A stretch of 54,179 nt of DNA from contig JACPRI010000259.1 of the NCBI GenBank assembly GCA_016190065.1, positions 1 through 54,179 of the forward strand, written 5' to 3'. Positions within the stretch are counted from its first letter, which is position 1; every line of letters starts with the position of its first letter. Below, one piece after another: positions 33,852 to 42,098 of this stretch. Position numbers and translations under genes: made by a program. Below the pieces are notes generated by a model. The model was given only the letters and a program-made list of their open reading frames with translations, made no database searches and was not told the origin of the DNA. Source of the stretch: Verrucomicrobiota bacterium. Lineage in GTDB: Bacteria > Verrucomicrobiota > Verrucomicrobiia > Limisphaerales > SIBE01.

Positions 33852-33994
33852 TCCCCGGACGATAGGTCAGAAGTCAACGAAAACGCAAGTGAAGGCGAAT
33901 CTCTCCGCAAAACTCTTCGGTCCGGCCGGTGTTTTCGAAGGCTTCAGTCTGAACCGGCTTGTGCCAGAGTTTCCGTCTGTTACGATGATAACCG

Positions 33995-34609
33995 ATGGCC
34001 GCTAACCTCGATCCCGATGCCGCCCTGATGCTCCGCGTGAAGCAGGGCGATATGGCCGCTTTTGAGGAACTGGTTGAGAAATACAAGCAGCCGGTGATGA
34101 ATCTTCTCTTCCGGACTTTGCCCGACGCGACGGAAGCGGAGGATTTGGCCCAGCATGTCTTTCTTCAGGTGTTCAAGTCCGCGCATCGCTACCGCGTCTC
34201 CGCGAAGTTTTCCACCTGGCTCTACACGATCGCCCGGAATCTTTGCCTGAACGAAATCCGGCGCCGATCCCGCCACCCGGCGGATTCTCTGGACGCAACG
34301 CATCCCGAGAACGAAGACCAACCGGTCCGCCAGTACGAAGACACCAAGAACGCGCTCCCGCCCGATCTGGTTTTGCGGGATGAATTGACCCATAAAATCG
34401 AGGAAGCGCTGGCCAGCCTTCCCGAAAACCAGCGCACGGCCATCTTGTTGTTTCGGGAAGACGAGATGTCGTATGAGGAAATCGCCAAAATCCTGGGCTG
34501 CTCGCTTTCGGCCACCAAGTCGCTGATCCATCGCGGGCGGGAAACGCTCAAACTGAAGCTCAAGCCGTATTTGCGGACCGGGGTCTGGCAGGAAACCAAG
34601 AGTCGTTGA
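33995..34609 (+). CDS. ECF-type RNA polymerase sigma factor
   Basis: Region 2 (FEELVEKYKQPVMNLLFR ... FSTWLYTIARNLCLNEIRRR) and region 4 (MSYEEIAKILGCSLSATKSLIHRGR). Confidence 0.92.
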   Translation: MAANLDPDAALMLRVKQGDMAAFEELVEKYKQPVMNLLFRTLPDATEAEDLAQHVFLQVFKSAHRYRVSAKFSTWLYTIARNLCLNEIRRRSRHPADSLDATHPENEDQPVRQYEDTKNALPPDLVLRDELTHKIEEALASLPENQRTAILLFREDEMSYEEIAKILGCSLSATKSLIHRGRETLKLKLKPYLRTGVWQETKSR

Positions 34610-34633
34610 AGCGTTAGAGCGTTGAAGCGTTGG
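34602..34633 (+). repeat. octamer array (..CGTT..), GC-richer variant
   Basis: GTCGTTGA AGCGTTAG AGCGTTGA AGCGTTGG spans the sigma-factor stop codon. Confidence 0.7.
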
Positions 34634-34688
34634 GACGCGCGGGGACACAGCAACTTTTCGGGCCGCCCGGTGATAGAAAGAGAAGACG

Positions 34689-35204
34689 ATGATGCACGGC
34701 ACAGACAACAACAAATCGCCCAACGAGGAGCAGCGTCCTGGGGCCAACCCGAAGGCTGCACACCGCTTGGCCTCGGATTCACCCAATTGCGCTGAACACC
34801 AGGTGGCTTGGGAAGACGAGATTCGCCTCAATCACCTCCTGCACCACCTGCCGGACGCGCCGCTGCCTTCGAACTTCACGGCGCGGGTGCTAAGCCTCGC
34901 GGAACAGGAAGCTGACCGGCGAACGCCGAGCGCGTTGCCAGGGCGCTGGCAGTCTTTCACCCAGGTCTTGTTGTCGATGCGGTGGTCCGCGCGGCTGGCC
35001 ATCCTGTCGGCCATCGTGGCAATCGGTCTGGTGTCTGTTTACCAGTACCAGATTCTCGCCCGGCAAGAAGTGGCCCGGAGTGTGGCCGAAGTCTCGAGCG
35101 TCGCTTCGCTGCCGATGGACGTGCTCATGAATTTCGAGGCCATCCAACGCCTCCCGGAAAAGAGCCGGGAAGTGGATGTCGAGTTGCTGGCCGCGTTGAA
35201 GTAG
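34689..35204 (+). CDS. single-pass membrane protein, putative anti-sigma factor
   Basis: Its position is directly after the ECF sigma gene. It has one TM helix (LAILSAIVAIGLVSVY). No zinc-finger motif is present. Confidence 0.6.
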   Translation: MMHGTDNNKSPNEEQRPGANPKAAHRLASDSPNCAEHQVAWEDEIRLNHLLHHLPDAPLPSNFTARVLSLAEQEADRRTPSALPGRWQSFTQVLLSMRWSARLAILSAIVAIGLVSVYQYQILARQEVARSVAEVSSVASLPMDVLMNFEAIQRLPEKSREVDVELLAALK

Positions 35205-35223
35205 CAAACTTTCACAGCGAACC

Positions 35224-36312
35224 ATGCGTTTCATTCCGAGTGCTGCTCTTCTTCCGTCCCATGAATCTGGTAGGGCTGCGTTGCCGCGCCGCCGAGTTTC
35301 TCTCGCGGCGGCGCAGCCGCGCCGCCCTACCCACGTCTGGCTCACAGTCGTCTGCCTGGCAAGCCTCAGCCTGGCCTCCGCTCAATCGCCACCAAATACC
35401 GGCAGCGTGCCATCCGTTCCTCCGCCGTTGGGCGACTCAAACGTTGAACCAGTCTCCCCGTCGCCGGTCGCCTATTTTCGTCAGTTGCTGGCCATGCCGC
35501 CTTCCGAGCTCGAACAAGAGCTGGCGCAGAAACCCGGACCCAAACGAAAGGCATTGCAGGCAAAGCTCGACGAGTACCGGAAGCTGGCTTCAGACGAGCG
35601 AGAAGCACGGCTTCGGTTGGCTGAGCTTTGGTATTATCTCCAGCCGCTCATCAATCTGGCGCCGGCGGACCGGCTGGCGAAACTGTCGGCAGTGCCCGTG
35701 GCGTCGCGGCGGTTCATCGAGGAGCGGCTGAAATGGTGGGATCTCGTGCCGCAGGAACATCGCAAACAATTCCTCGAAAACGAGCTGGCCATCCAATATT
35801 TCGTGCGCCTGGATTCGAGCACGCCCACGCAGCGGGAAAGTCTGGCGAGCAAGTCGGCGGAGGAATGGAAAGTGTTGGAGGAAAAACTCCAGCACTGGAG
35901 CGCGCGCCCTCCAGAAGAGCGTGTGAAGATGTACCAGCATTTTCAGGACTTCTTCGATTTGCCGGAAAAGGAGCGCGACAAAACTTTGCACGTGCTCTCG
36001 GAGGAAGAGCGGCCGAAGTTGCAAAAATCGCTGGAGGCCTTCAAAAGGTTGCCGGCCCATCAGCGCACCACGTGCCTCGAGTCCTTCCGGAAATTCTCGA
36101 ACCTGTCCAAGGAAGAGCGCGATCAGTTTCTGCACAACGTCGAGCGCTGGCAGGAGATGAGCCCGCGCGACCGGCAAAACTGGGTCAATCTGATCAATCT
36201 CCTCCCGGCGCAATCCGGGCCGCCGATTCCGGGCGGTGTCCCGCCGCGCTCGCCGCCGGGAAGCGGACAAACGACACCCGCCAAGAGTCTGCCCAAATTG
36301 CCGGGGCAGTAA
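35224..36312 (+). CDS. secreted helical-repeat protein (DUF3106-like)
   Basis: Repeated E/R-rich ...W..L.PEER / LSKEERDQF units and a hydrophobic stretch LTVVCLASLSLASA. The first 40 codons run through a family-B repeat, so the start is uncertain. Confidence 0.65.
   Translation: MRFIPSAALLPSHESGRAALPRRRVSLAAAQPRRPTHVWLTVVCLASLSLASAQSPPNTGSVPSVPPPLGDSNVEPVSPSPVAYFRQLLAMPPSELEQELAQKPGPKRKALQAKLDEYRKLASDEREARLRLAELWYYLQPLINLAPADRLAKLSAVPVASRRFIEERLKWWDLVPQEHRKQFLENELAIQYFVRLDSSTPTQRESLASKSAEEWKVLEEKLQHWSARPPEERVKMYQHFQDFFDLPEKERDKTLHVLSEEERPKLQKSLEAFKRLPAHQRTTCLESFRKFSNLSKEERDQFLHNVERWQEMSPRDRQNWVNLINLLPAQSGPPIPGGVPPRSPPGSGQTTPAKSLPKLPGQ
35261..35343 (+). repeat. family B element, copy 1
   Basis: ATGAATCTGGTAGGGCTGCGTTGCCGCGCC...GGCGGCGCAGCCGCGCCGCCCTACC(CACGTCTGG). 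Confidence 0.85.
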
Positions 36313-36473
36313 AAAGCAAGCGAAGGCTTCCTGGGCCATCGCGCAGGCGTCGCGCCTGGCGAGGACGCCGACGCTACGGCAAAATGAGACTTGCTAAGAT
36401 GGAGGCTGGCGCCTCGATACTCCACCGCTCGTTTCGCTTTGTCCCACGACGCAGGAGTAGGAGAGGGGAGGCA

Positions 36474-37091
36474 TCACAGATCCGGATTGCTCCAGGCGCT
36501 GAGCAATTGGTAGGTCGGCTCTCCAACTCGATGGGACGGAATTCTTCCATCGCTGAGCAAGCGCTCAAACTCGTCGGATGATCGGCCCAGTGCCAGTCGA
36601 TACGCGATCTGTGTGGCCACCCGGGTTTTTCCCGGGTCGAGTTGGACAGGACGGTCGAGCCGGGCTTCAGAACGACGCGGTACTCGAGGATGCATCGGCA
36701 ACAACCAAAAGGCCGCCAGCAACGCCAGCACAATTGCGCCACACGCGAAACGCCAGGAACCAGACGTTGGTCGGGCGGCACTGCTGCGCCGACACCATAG
36801 AAAATCGGCTGCGCGGCAACGCAGCCCTACCAGGTTCATGGAGAGATTCGCGGCCGAAGGACCTCGCAGGCATTCGGTACGCGCAGTACTGAATTCAAGG
36901 GCGGGATCAACCGCGGCAAGACTTTGAGCCGTTCGTTGATGCGTTTCGCAGAGGCTCATCATCGCGTCGTGATACTCGCGGCAACCAGGGCAGTGCCGGA
37001 CGTGATCTCGCACCTCGGCTCCTTCGCGACCGGAGAGAGCAGAGGCCGCGAGCAGGGCAACTGATTTTTTGTAGCGGCGGCAGGGTTTCAT
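36474..37091 (-). CDS. zf-HC2 anti-sigma factor, single TM
   Basis: HVRHCPGCREYH zinc-finger motif at the N-terminus, a TM helix FACGAIVLALLAAFWLL, and a start 17 nt downstream of the ECF sigma gene. Confidence 0.8.
   Translation of the reverse strand: MKPCRRYKKSVALLAASALSGREGAEVRDHVRHCPGCREYHDAMMSLCETHQRTAQSLAAVDPALEFSTARTECLRGPSAANLSMNLVGLRCRAADFLWCRRSSAARPTSGSWRFACGAIVLALLAAFWLLPMHPRVPRRSEARLDRPVQLDPGKTRVATQIAYRLALGRSSDEFERLLSDGRIPSHRVGEPTYQLLSAWSNPDL
36759..36840 (-). repeat. family B element, copy 2 (in-frame inside the anti-sigma CDS)
   Basis: The minus strand reads ATGAACCTGGTAGGGCTGCGTTGCCGCGCAGCCGATTTTC...GCCGCCCGACC(AACGTCTGG). Confidence 0.85.
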
Positions 37092-37107
37092 AGAGTTTGC
37101 TCCTTCC

Positions 37108-37728
37108 TCAGTCCCGATTGATCGATTTCATTCTTCGCAAGCGTTCCAGGCCGTTGAACAATCGCGACTTGACGGTGCCGACGGAGCAGCCGAGCGCCGC
37201 GGCGATTCCTTCGAGCGAATCCTGCGCATAGAAACGGAGATAGACGACTTCTCGTTGTCGGGCTGGCAATCCCTCCAGACTTCTCAGGACTCGCACCGCT
37301 CGCTCCGCGGCGTCGGCTGATTCGCTGGGGAGCAAACATGGATCTGAAGCATCGGACAGGCGAGCTTCCACGATTTCCCGTTCCCTGCGGAACAAGAAGG
37401 AGAGCGGAATCGCCCGGCGCTTTCTCAGATAGTTCCGATGGCGGTGAATCAGGATGCTGCAAAGCCAGGTGAACAAACGGCAGCGTCCGCTGTAACGACG
37501 CACACTTTTCCAAGCTTCCACCAAGGTCTCCTGAACCAGATCTTCCGCCGTCGCGCTGTCACCGCAAAGCGCGGTGGCTTGCCGCAACAGGCCGGCGCCG
37601 TGGCTTCGGATCAAATCGCAAAACGCCTCCTCATCGCCCGATTGCGCGCGAGCGATCAGGTCGGCTTCGCCCGCGCGCGTGCCGGCGGCCTCTGGATTTA
37701 TGACGTCCACAGATTGGTTGCCACCCAC
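37108..37728 (-). CDS. ECF-type RNA polymerase sigma factor
   Basis: GDEEAFCDLIRSH ... LFTWLCSILIHRHRNYLRKRR (region 2) and SLEGIAAALGCSVGTVKSRLFNG (region 4). GTG start. Confidence 0.92.
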   Translation of the reverse strand: MGGNQSVDVINPEAAGTRAGEADLIARAQSGDEEAFCDLIRSHGAGLLRQATALCGDSATAEDLVQETLVEAWKSVRRYSGRCRLFTWLCSILIHRHRNYLRKRRAIPLSFLFRREREIVEARLSDASDPCLLPSESADAAERAVRVLRSLEGLPARQREVVYLRFYAQDSLEGIAAALGCSVGTVKSRLFNGLERLRRMKSINRD

Positions 37729-37767
37729 TCAGACAGTTTCCGGCCGATTTCGTCCCAATCGAGTGCA

Positions 37768-37841
37768 GGTAGGGCGGCGCTGCTGCGCCGCCGCACCACA
37801 GGAAGTCGGCTGCGCGGCAACGCAGCCCTCCCGGGTTCATG
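37768..37841 (-). repeat. family B element, copy 3
   Basis: The minus strand reads ATGAACCCGGGAGGGCTGCGTTGCCGCGCAGCCGACTTCC...GGCGGCGCAGCAGCGCCGCCCTACC. It lies between the 414-aa gene and the sigma gene. Confidence 0.85.
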
Positions 37842-37857
37842 GAAAATGCGCCGGATT

Positions 37858-39102
37858 TCAAAGAACCGGTTTCCCGACGTTTTTCGCGCTCACTTGAAAT
37901 GAGGGGCCGCCTTTCTCCACGAAGATGAGCGCCTCCTCAAAGCCGCGGCCATGGAACTTTGACCGAAGCTCGAATCCGCGATCCTCTCCGGCAAATTGGA
38001 AACGGCGGAAGGCGAACGGCTCCTTGAGCACAGGGTCGCCGACGCGCTTCAACCCGGCTTCGCCCGCCAGGCGGTACTCGGTGCCGGCGCGCAACATCGC
38101 GATGCTGACTTCGGCGGCGAATTCTTTGTTCCGGCAATTCTCGAAGATCGGAAAGAACATGTGCACAAAGAGATTTGGGTGGTTCGCCACGCGCTCGTTG
38201 AAGGCTTTGATGCGAGTCTGAAATTCCGGGTACGGTCGCGTCATCAGCACGTCGGCTTCGTCATAAAGAGCATCGACGCCTTTGACGTAGGCGATTACCC
38301 CCTCGGGAGTTGAACCGGCGGCTTTGACCACTTTTTCGATCTGGGTGAAGTCGGGATTCTCACCGGCAGAAAGGAACCGGCGGATCAGTTCGCGGATTTG
38401 GGTCATGGCTTTCTCTTCACTGGGGGAGCTTTTCTGAATTTCCCGCACGTTGCGGACCAGCCAGTCACGGAACGAATACCGTTCAAACGCGATACATTGG
38501 GCGATCGTGCCGCGCGTCGGACTGGCGTCAATCTCTGCGAGCAATTGCCGCAGCGTCTCCGGCGTAAAGCGATAGAAATTCTCGGCGACGGCTGCCGTGA
38601 TGATATTTTCGATCGCGAACTGAACGAGAGCGGAAATCAGGATGCGGTCTTTGGAGACGTTCCGTCCGAGCACAAATGCGGCGGCCAGATCATCGCGGGC
38701 CGCGGCCTGGTCGCCGCGTTGGAAATGCCAGTGAACCCGCAGCCGCGCGGTTTGCGCGGCCGCTTTCGCTTTGGCCAACCCCGGCAGCAGCGCTTCAGGG
38801 CCGTCCGTCAGGTCGTAGCCCCAATCACATGGCACTTTGGCTTTGGCCGCGCGGCGGAGCAGCTTGAACGAGTTGTCGTATTGGGCCATGAGCTGGCCGA
38901 ATCGCTCGTCCGGCTGCCGGCTTCTCCAGTCGTTGGTTCTGACATACGCGGAATCTTCCTCGGAAAGGGAGGGCCACTCGCCAAACGCTTGCCAGTAGAG
39001 CAGCGCCGGATTGATGTCCGTTCGGAAGCGTTCGGCAGCAGCCGAGAGGGGAGGCTCAACAAAGAGGAAAAGGAGACAAGAGAGGAAGAGAATTGATTTC
39101 AT
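37858..39102 (-). CDS. secreted hypothetical protein, first gene of the ECF module
   Basis: Signal peptide MKSILFLSCLLFLFVEPPLSAAA and balanced helical composition. No family recognised. Confidence 0.75.
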   Translation of the reverse strand: MKSILFLSCLLFLFVEPPLSAAAERFRTDINPALLYWQAFGEWPSLSEEDSAYVRTNDWRSRQPDERFGQLMAQYDNSFKLLRRAAKAKVPCDWGYDLTDGPEALLPGLAKAKAAAQTARLRVHWHFQRGDQAAARDDLAAAFVLGRNVSKDRILISALVQFAIENIITAAVAENFYRFTPETLRQLLAEIDASPTRGTIAQCIAFERYSFRDWLVRNVREIQKSSPSEEKAMTQIRELIRRFLSAGENPDFTQIEKVVKAAGSTPEGVIAYVKGVDALYDEADVLMTRPYPEFQTRIKAFNERVANHPNLFVHMFFPIFENCRNKEFAAEVSIAMLRAGTEYRLAGEAGLKRVGDPVLKEPFAFRRFQFAGEDRGFELRSKFHGRGFEEALIFVEKGGPSFQVSAKNVGKPVL

Positions 39103-39153
39103 CGTTCGACATGGTTTCTGGTGTGTGTGATTTCGCGGCCGATTGACCGTTAA

Positions 39154-41961
39154 TCACAGATCGAACGAGAAAGGTTCAGATTTTCTCCTCAGGACAAAGT
39201 AAGGCTGGCGTTCCCATCGCGCCGGGATCCCGGGATACAGCCAAGGCGTGCCGGAGACCGGGCGCAGTTCGAAGTGATACTGAAGGGGAAAAGGCGAGTC
39301 TGAGTATTCAGCCGGAATGACGGTCTGGAATTCGGCGCCGCGCCCTTGCATCTCTTGCGCCTGCCAGACTTCGGCCTGGTTGACGCGCCGGTAGCGCAGA
39401 CGAATTGACGCCAGCTTCGGCACGTTCTTCGTGTGTATCAGTGACGCTTCGATCAACAGCGGTTTGCCTCGAGCGAACGATTTCGGAGGCGCGTGAAATC
39501 GCTCCAGAGCCGGAGGCGCGCTTCGCTCTCCGCTTTCCAACACTGCGCGCACGGCGGCTTCGACCACCTGCCGCTCGACCTTAAGCGGAGCGGCAGGGTC
39601 GTCGGCCAATTGCCGAAAAAGCTTCTCCATATCCGCGATGTCTTCGTCGATGGCCGGCAGCCGGTCCAGCCAGTGGCCGCGTGAATGCTTGTCGTAGCCG
39701 AACGAGATGTCGCTTCGATAAACGGCTTTCGCGCGTTCCGCCAATTCCGCCCACGCGGTGCGCGCTTTGCGATACGCGTTGAGCGCTTCTTCCAGCGCGG
39801 GGCGGTGGCCGCTGCGTTCAAAGAGAGCGAAGAGAACGCCCGCCCGAAATTTCCAGGCAAAGAAAAGCCCCAGGCCGGCCTGAATCGAAACATCCGCGTC
39901 GAGCCGGCGGAATTCCGCGCTCCGGGGGTCGCGGACCTTTGACCTTGCATCCCGCAAGAACACTTCGGCGCGCGCGGCCGCGTCCTGCAATTGGGCCGCG
40001 CACCATACCGGCGAATATTTCGCGCTTCGCTCCGGATTGAGCAATTCGCCCGCAAAATCGTCGATGCGCGAGAAAAACTCCGGGTCCAGGGAGCTGACCG
40101 CGCCAAATCGTTTTGGGTTCAGCGTGTCGCCGTACGGATGGCGCTTGGTCGCATCGACGATCGACATGTTCGTGTAAACCTCCGGCCAGTAATTGTTGTT
40201 GGCAGCGGATGGGCAATGCGCGGTCGTCACCAGCGGCAGAATCTTGCCCGCCGATGCCAGGGCTGTCTCGGCCGCGGCCGCACCCGCTCCGAATTCTTTT
40301 TTCATCGCCCGTTGCCACCCGTCCGCGTCGCAGTCTGGATTGTAGATACATCTCCCCCACATCCGGTGCGTAAAAAGATATTTTTCGAAGTCGCCACGCG
40401 CCGGCCGCAGCGAGGCTTCTGCATACGCGTCGCGTCCGCCGGGCAAACCCGAACCTTTGCGGCCTTTGAATGAGAGCGGCTCGCACAATTCCACGCCCGC
40501 GCTGCCGCAGAAGCTCGAAGCCCTTCCGTATCCCGCCGCGATTTCCGGATCGGCCCAGAGCAAGAGCCGCTGTGTGCCCGGCCAGATGCGGTGCAGCACG
40601 CCATGGCGCCGGTCCTCGGCCAGCAAATCGCCATAGCCGTAGCGCAGGAACCGGCGCGACCCGGAGCTCCTGGAGAAGAAGCCGGCGTCCCTCGCTTCCC
40701 GGGGCGGCATTTCCAACGGACGAATTGCGCCCTGCATGTAGGGCAAACCCATGTGCTCGGCCCAGAATTTGGGCGAGACATTGACGGGCATGCCCGTGGC
40801 CAGCGCCACATCGATCATGGCTTGATCCATGCCTTTGGCGTGCATATCGATCTCGACGCGGCGGCCGCATTTCACGACGCCATCGAACACCGTTCGCCAG
40901 AAATCGTAGCTCGCCTCCGGCACGCCGCTTTCGCCGTGAATTCGGAACGTCACGCCGCTGATCGCCGGACAGGCCTTGAGCAACATGGCCAGCGCGTCCC
41001 GGCAGTAAGCCGCGTGAGTCTCGGGCGTGAGTCCTTCGATGGTGTAGTTGGCTGCCGGGCTGTTGGTCCATTGGTACGCGTGCGTCCAGAGGCCCAATTG
41101 AAAGTGCAGGCCGCGCCGGGCAGTTTCTTCGCCGATGAGCTTCAGCATCTCGAGGTTCTGATCGCGTTCCGCATCGGGAAGGGGATGGGCGCGGACGTGG
41201 TAGCCAGGCACGGAGAGAAGAAACGGATAAGCGAAGTGGAAGTAGCAATCGCGGATGCTCGTCGTGAAATCGTAGCCGATGCCGAACGTCAGGCTAAAAC
41301 GATTGAACCGCTGCGTCGCCAGCGTTGTGAGGTAGCGATCCCAAAACGCGCGGTCATTGAACCAAGACTTGTCCTCCACGTCGCTCGTGAATAAACGCGC
41401 CACGCTGCGAATCGCGTTCGCCGGTTTCTCGACGATGGGTTTGACTTCCGCAAGCGCTGTGAGCGGTCTCTCCGCGAAGCCCACTCGATCCGCCAGTTCC
41501 AGCAAAGCGTAAACCAGCCCGCGCGCGTCGGAGCCGGAGGCCAACAGCACCGGCTGAGTGCCAACTTCGCCGCGAGCCAATCCGAGAGCCTCCGGGGTTT
41601 GCGGAAGGGCAATGTTCGCAGCATCCAGCAGTTGCCGAGCAAGGCGCGACGTGCGGCTCGCGGCGAGAATTCGCGTTTGACCGGCGGGCGCTTGATCGAG
41701 GCGCTCGTGAAGCTGCGCTTCGACACCGCGTCGTTCCAACGCCTCGCGCAACTGGTTGGCGGCCCAACGAACGGGCCTTTCCTGGGCGACCGCATCGGCG
41801 GGGTCGAAGACGATCGAGACTTGCCCGCTTCGATCCTGGGCCGAAAGCGGAAGGCACAACAAGTTGCTGCTGGTGACCGCCGTCGCGGCCACGGCCGTCT
41901 TCGTGATGAAACGCCGACGCGATTCGCCGGGGGAGGAATGCTTTTTCTCATGTGGCTTCAT
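39154..41961 (-). CDS. large TAT-signal secreted protein, possibly glycoside-hydrolase-like
   Basis: SRRRFITKTAVAATAV TAT motif. The 935-aa frame has balanced composition. The functional guess rests only on a vague resemblance to the N-terminal/TIM-barrel layout of glucuronidase-like enzymes. Confidence 0.75.
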   Translation of the reverse strand: MKPHEKKHSSPGESRRRFITKTAVAATAVTSSNLLCLPLSAQDRSGQVSIVFDPADAVAQERPVRWAANQLREALERRGVEAQLHERLDQAPAGQTRILAASRTSRLARQLLDAANIALPQTPEALGLARGEVGTQPVLLASGSDARGLVYALLELADRVGFAERPLTALAEVKPIVEKPANAIRSVARLFTSDVEDKSWFNDRAFWDRYLTTLATQRFNRFSLTFGIGYDFTTSIRDCYFHFAYPFLLSVPGYHVRAHPLPDAERDQNLEMLKLIGEETARRGLHFQLGLWTHAYQWTNSPAANYTIEGLTPETHAAYCRDALAMLLKACPAISGVTFRIHGESGVPEASYDFWRTVFDGVVKCGRRVEIDMHAKGMDQAMIDVALATGMPVNVSPKFWAEHMGLPYMQGAIRPLEMPPREARDAGFFSRSSGSRRFLRYGYGDLLAEDRRHGVLHRIWPGTQRLLLWADPEIAAGYGRASSFCGSAGVELCEPLSFKGRKGSGLPGGRDAYAEASLRPARGDFEKYLFTHRMWGRCIYNPDCDADGWQRAMKKEFGAGAAAAETALASAGKILPLVTTAHCPSAANNNYWPEVYTNMSIVDATKRHPYGDTLNPKRFGAVSSLDPEFFSRIDDFAGELLNPERSAKYSPVWCAAQLQDAAARAEVFLRDARSKVRDPRSAEFRRLDADVSIQAGLGLFFAWKFRAGVLFALFERSGHRPALEEALNAYRKARTAWAELAERAKAVYRSDISFGYDKHSRGHWLDRLPAIDEDIADMEKLFRQLADDPAAPLKVERQVVEAAVRAVLESGERSAPPALERFHAPPKSFARGKPLLIEASLIHTKNVPKLASIRLRYRRVNQAEVWQAQEMQGRGAEFQTVIPAEYSDSPFPLQYHFELRPVSGTPWLYPGIPARWERQPYFVLRRKSEPFSFDL

Positions 41962-42002
41962 AGACGTTACTGAGTGTAAAAGTTAACCGACACTCCGTTC
42001 CG

Positions 42003-42095
42003 TGAACCTGGTAGGGACGGATTCCACTCCGTCCCTGCCTTCCCTGTGCGTTCGGAAGAGCAAGATCAGGGACGCGGTGGAACGCGTCCTTACCA
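42003..42095 (+). repeat. family C element, copy 1 (hairpin-ended, MITE-like)
   Basis: TGAACCTGGTAGGGACGGATTCCACTCCGTCCC ... CAGGGACGCGGTGGAACGCGTCCTTACC. The two ends are inverted copies and each is itself a hairpin. Confidence 0.85.
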
Positions 42096-42098
42096 TCA

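Noticed and set aside
31251-34028. A 925-aa plus-strand ORF antisense to glnD, with exactly the same length as glnD.
   Set aside because: The product is Arg/Gly/Val/Ala-rich low complexity with no recognisable motif. The minus-strand frame has the complete GlnD architecture (nucleotidyltransferase, HD, two ACT domains). Long stop-free antisense frames are expected opposite GC3-biased genes, and the equal length looks coincidental.
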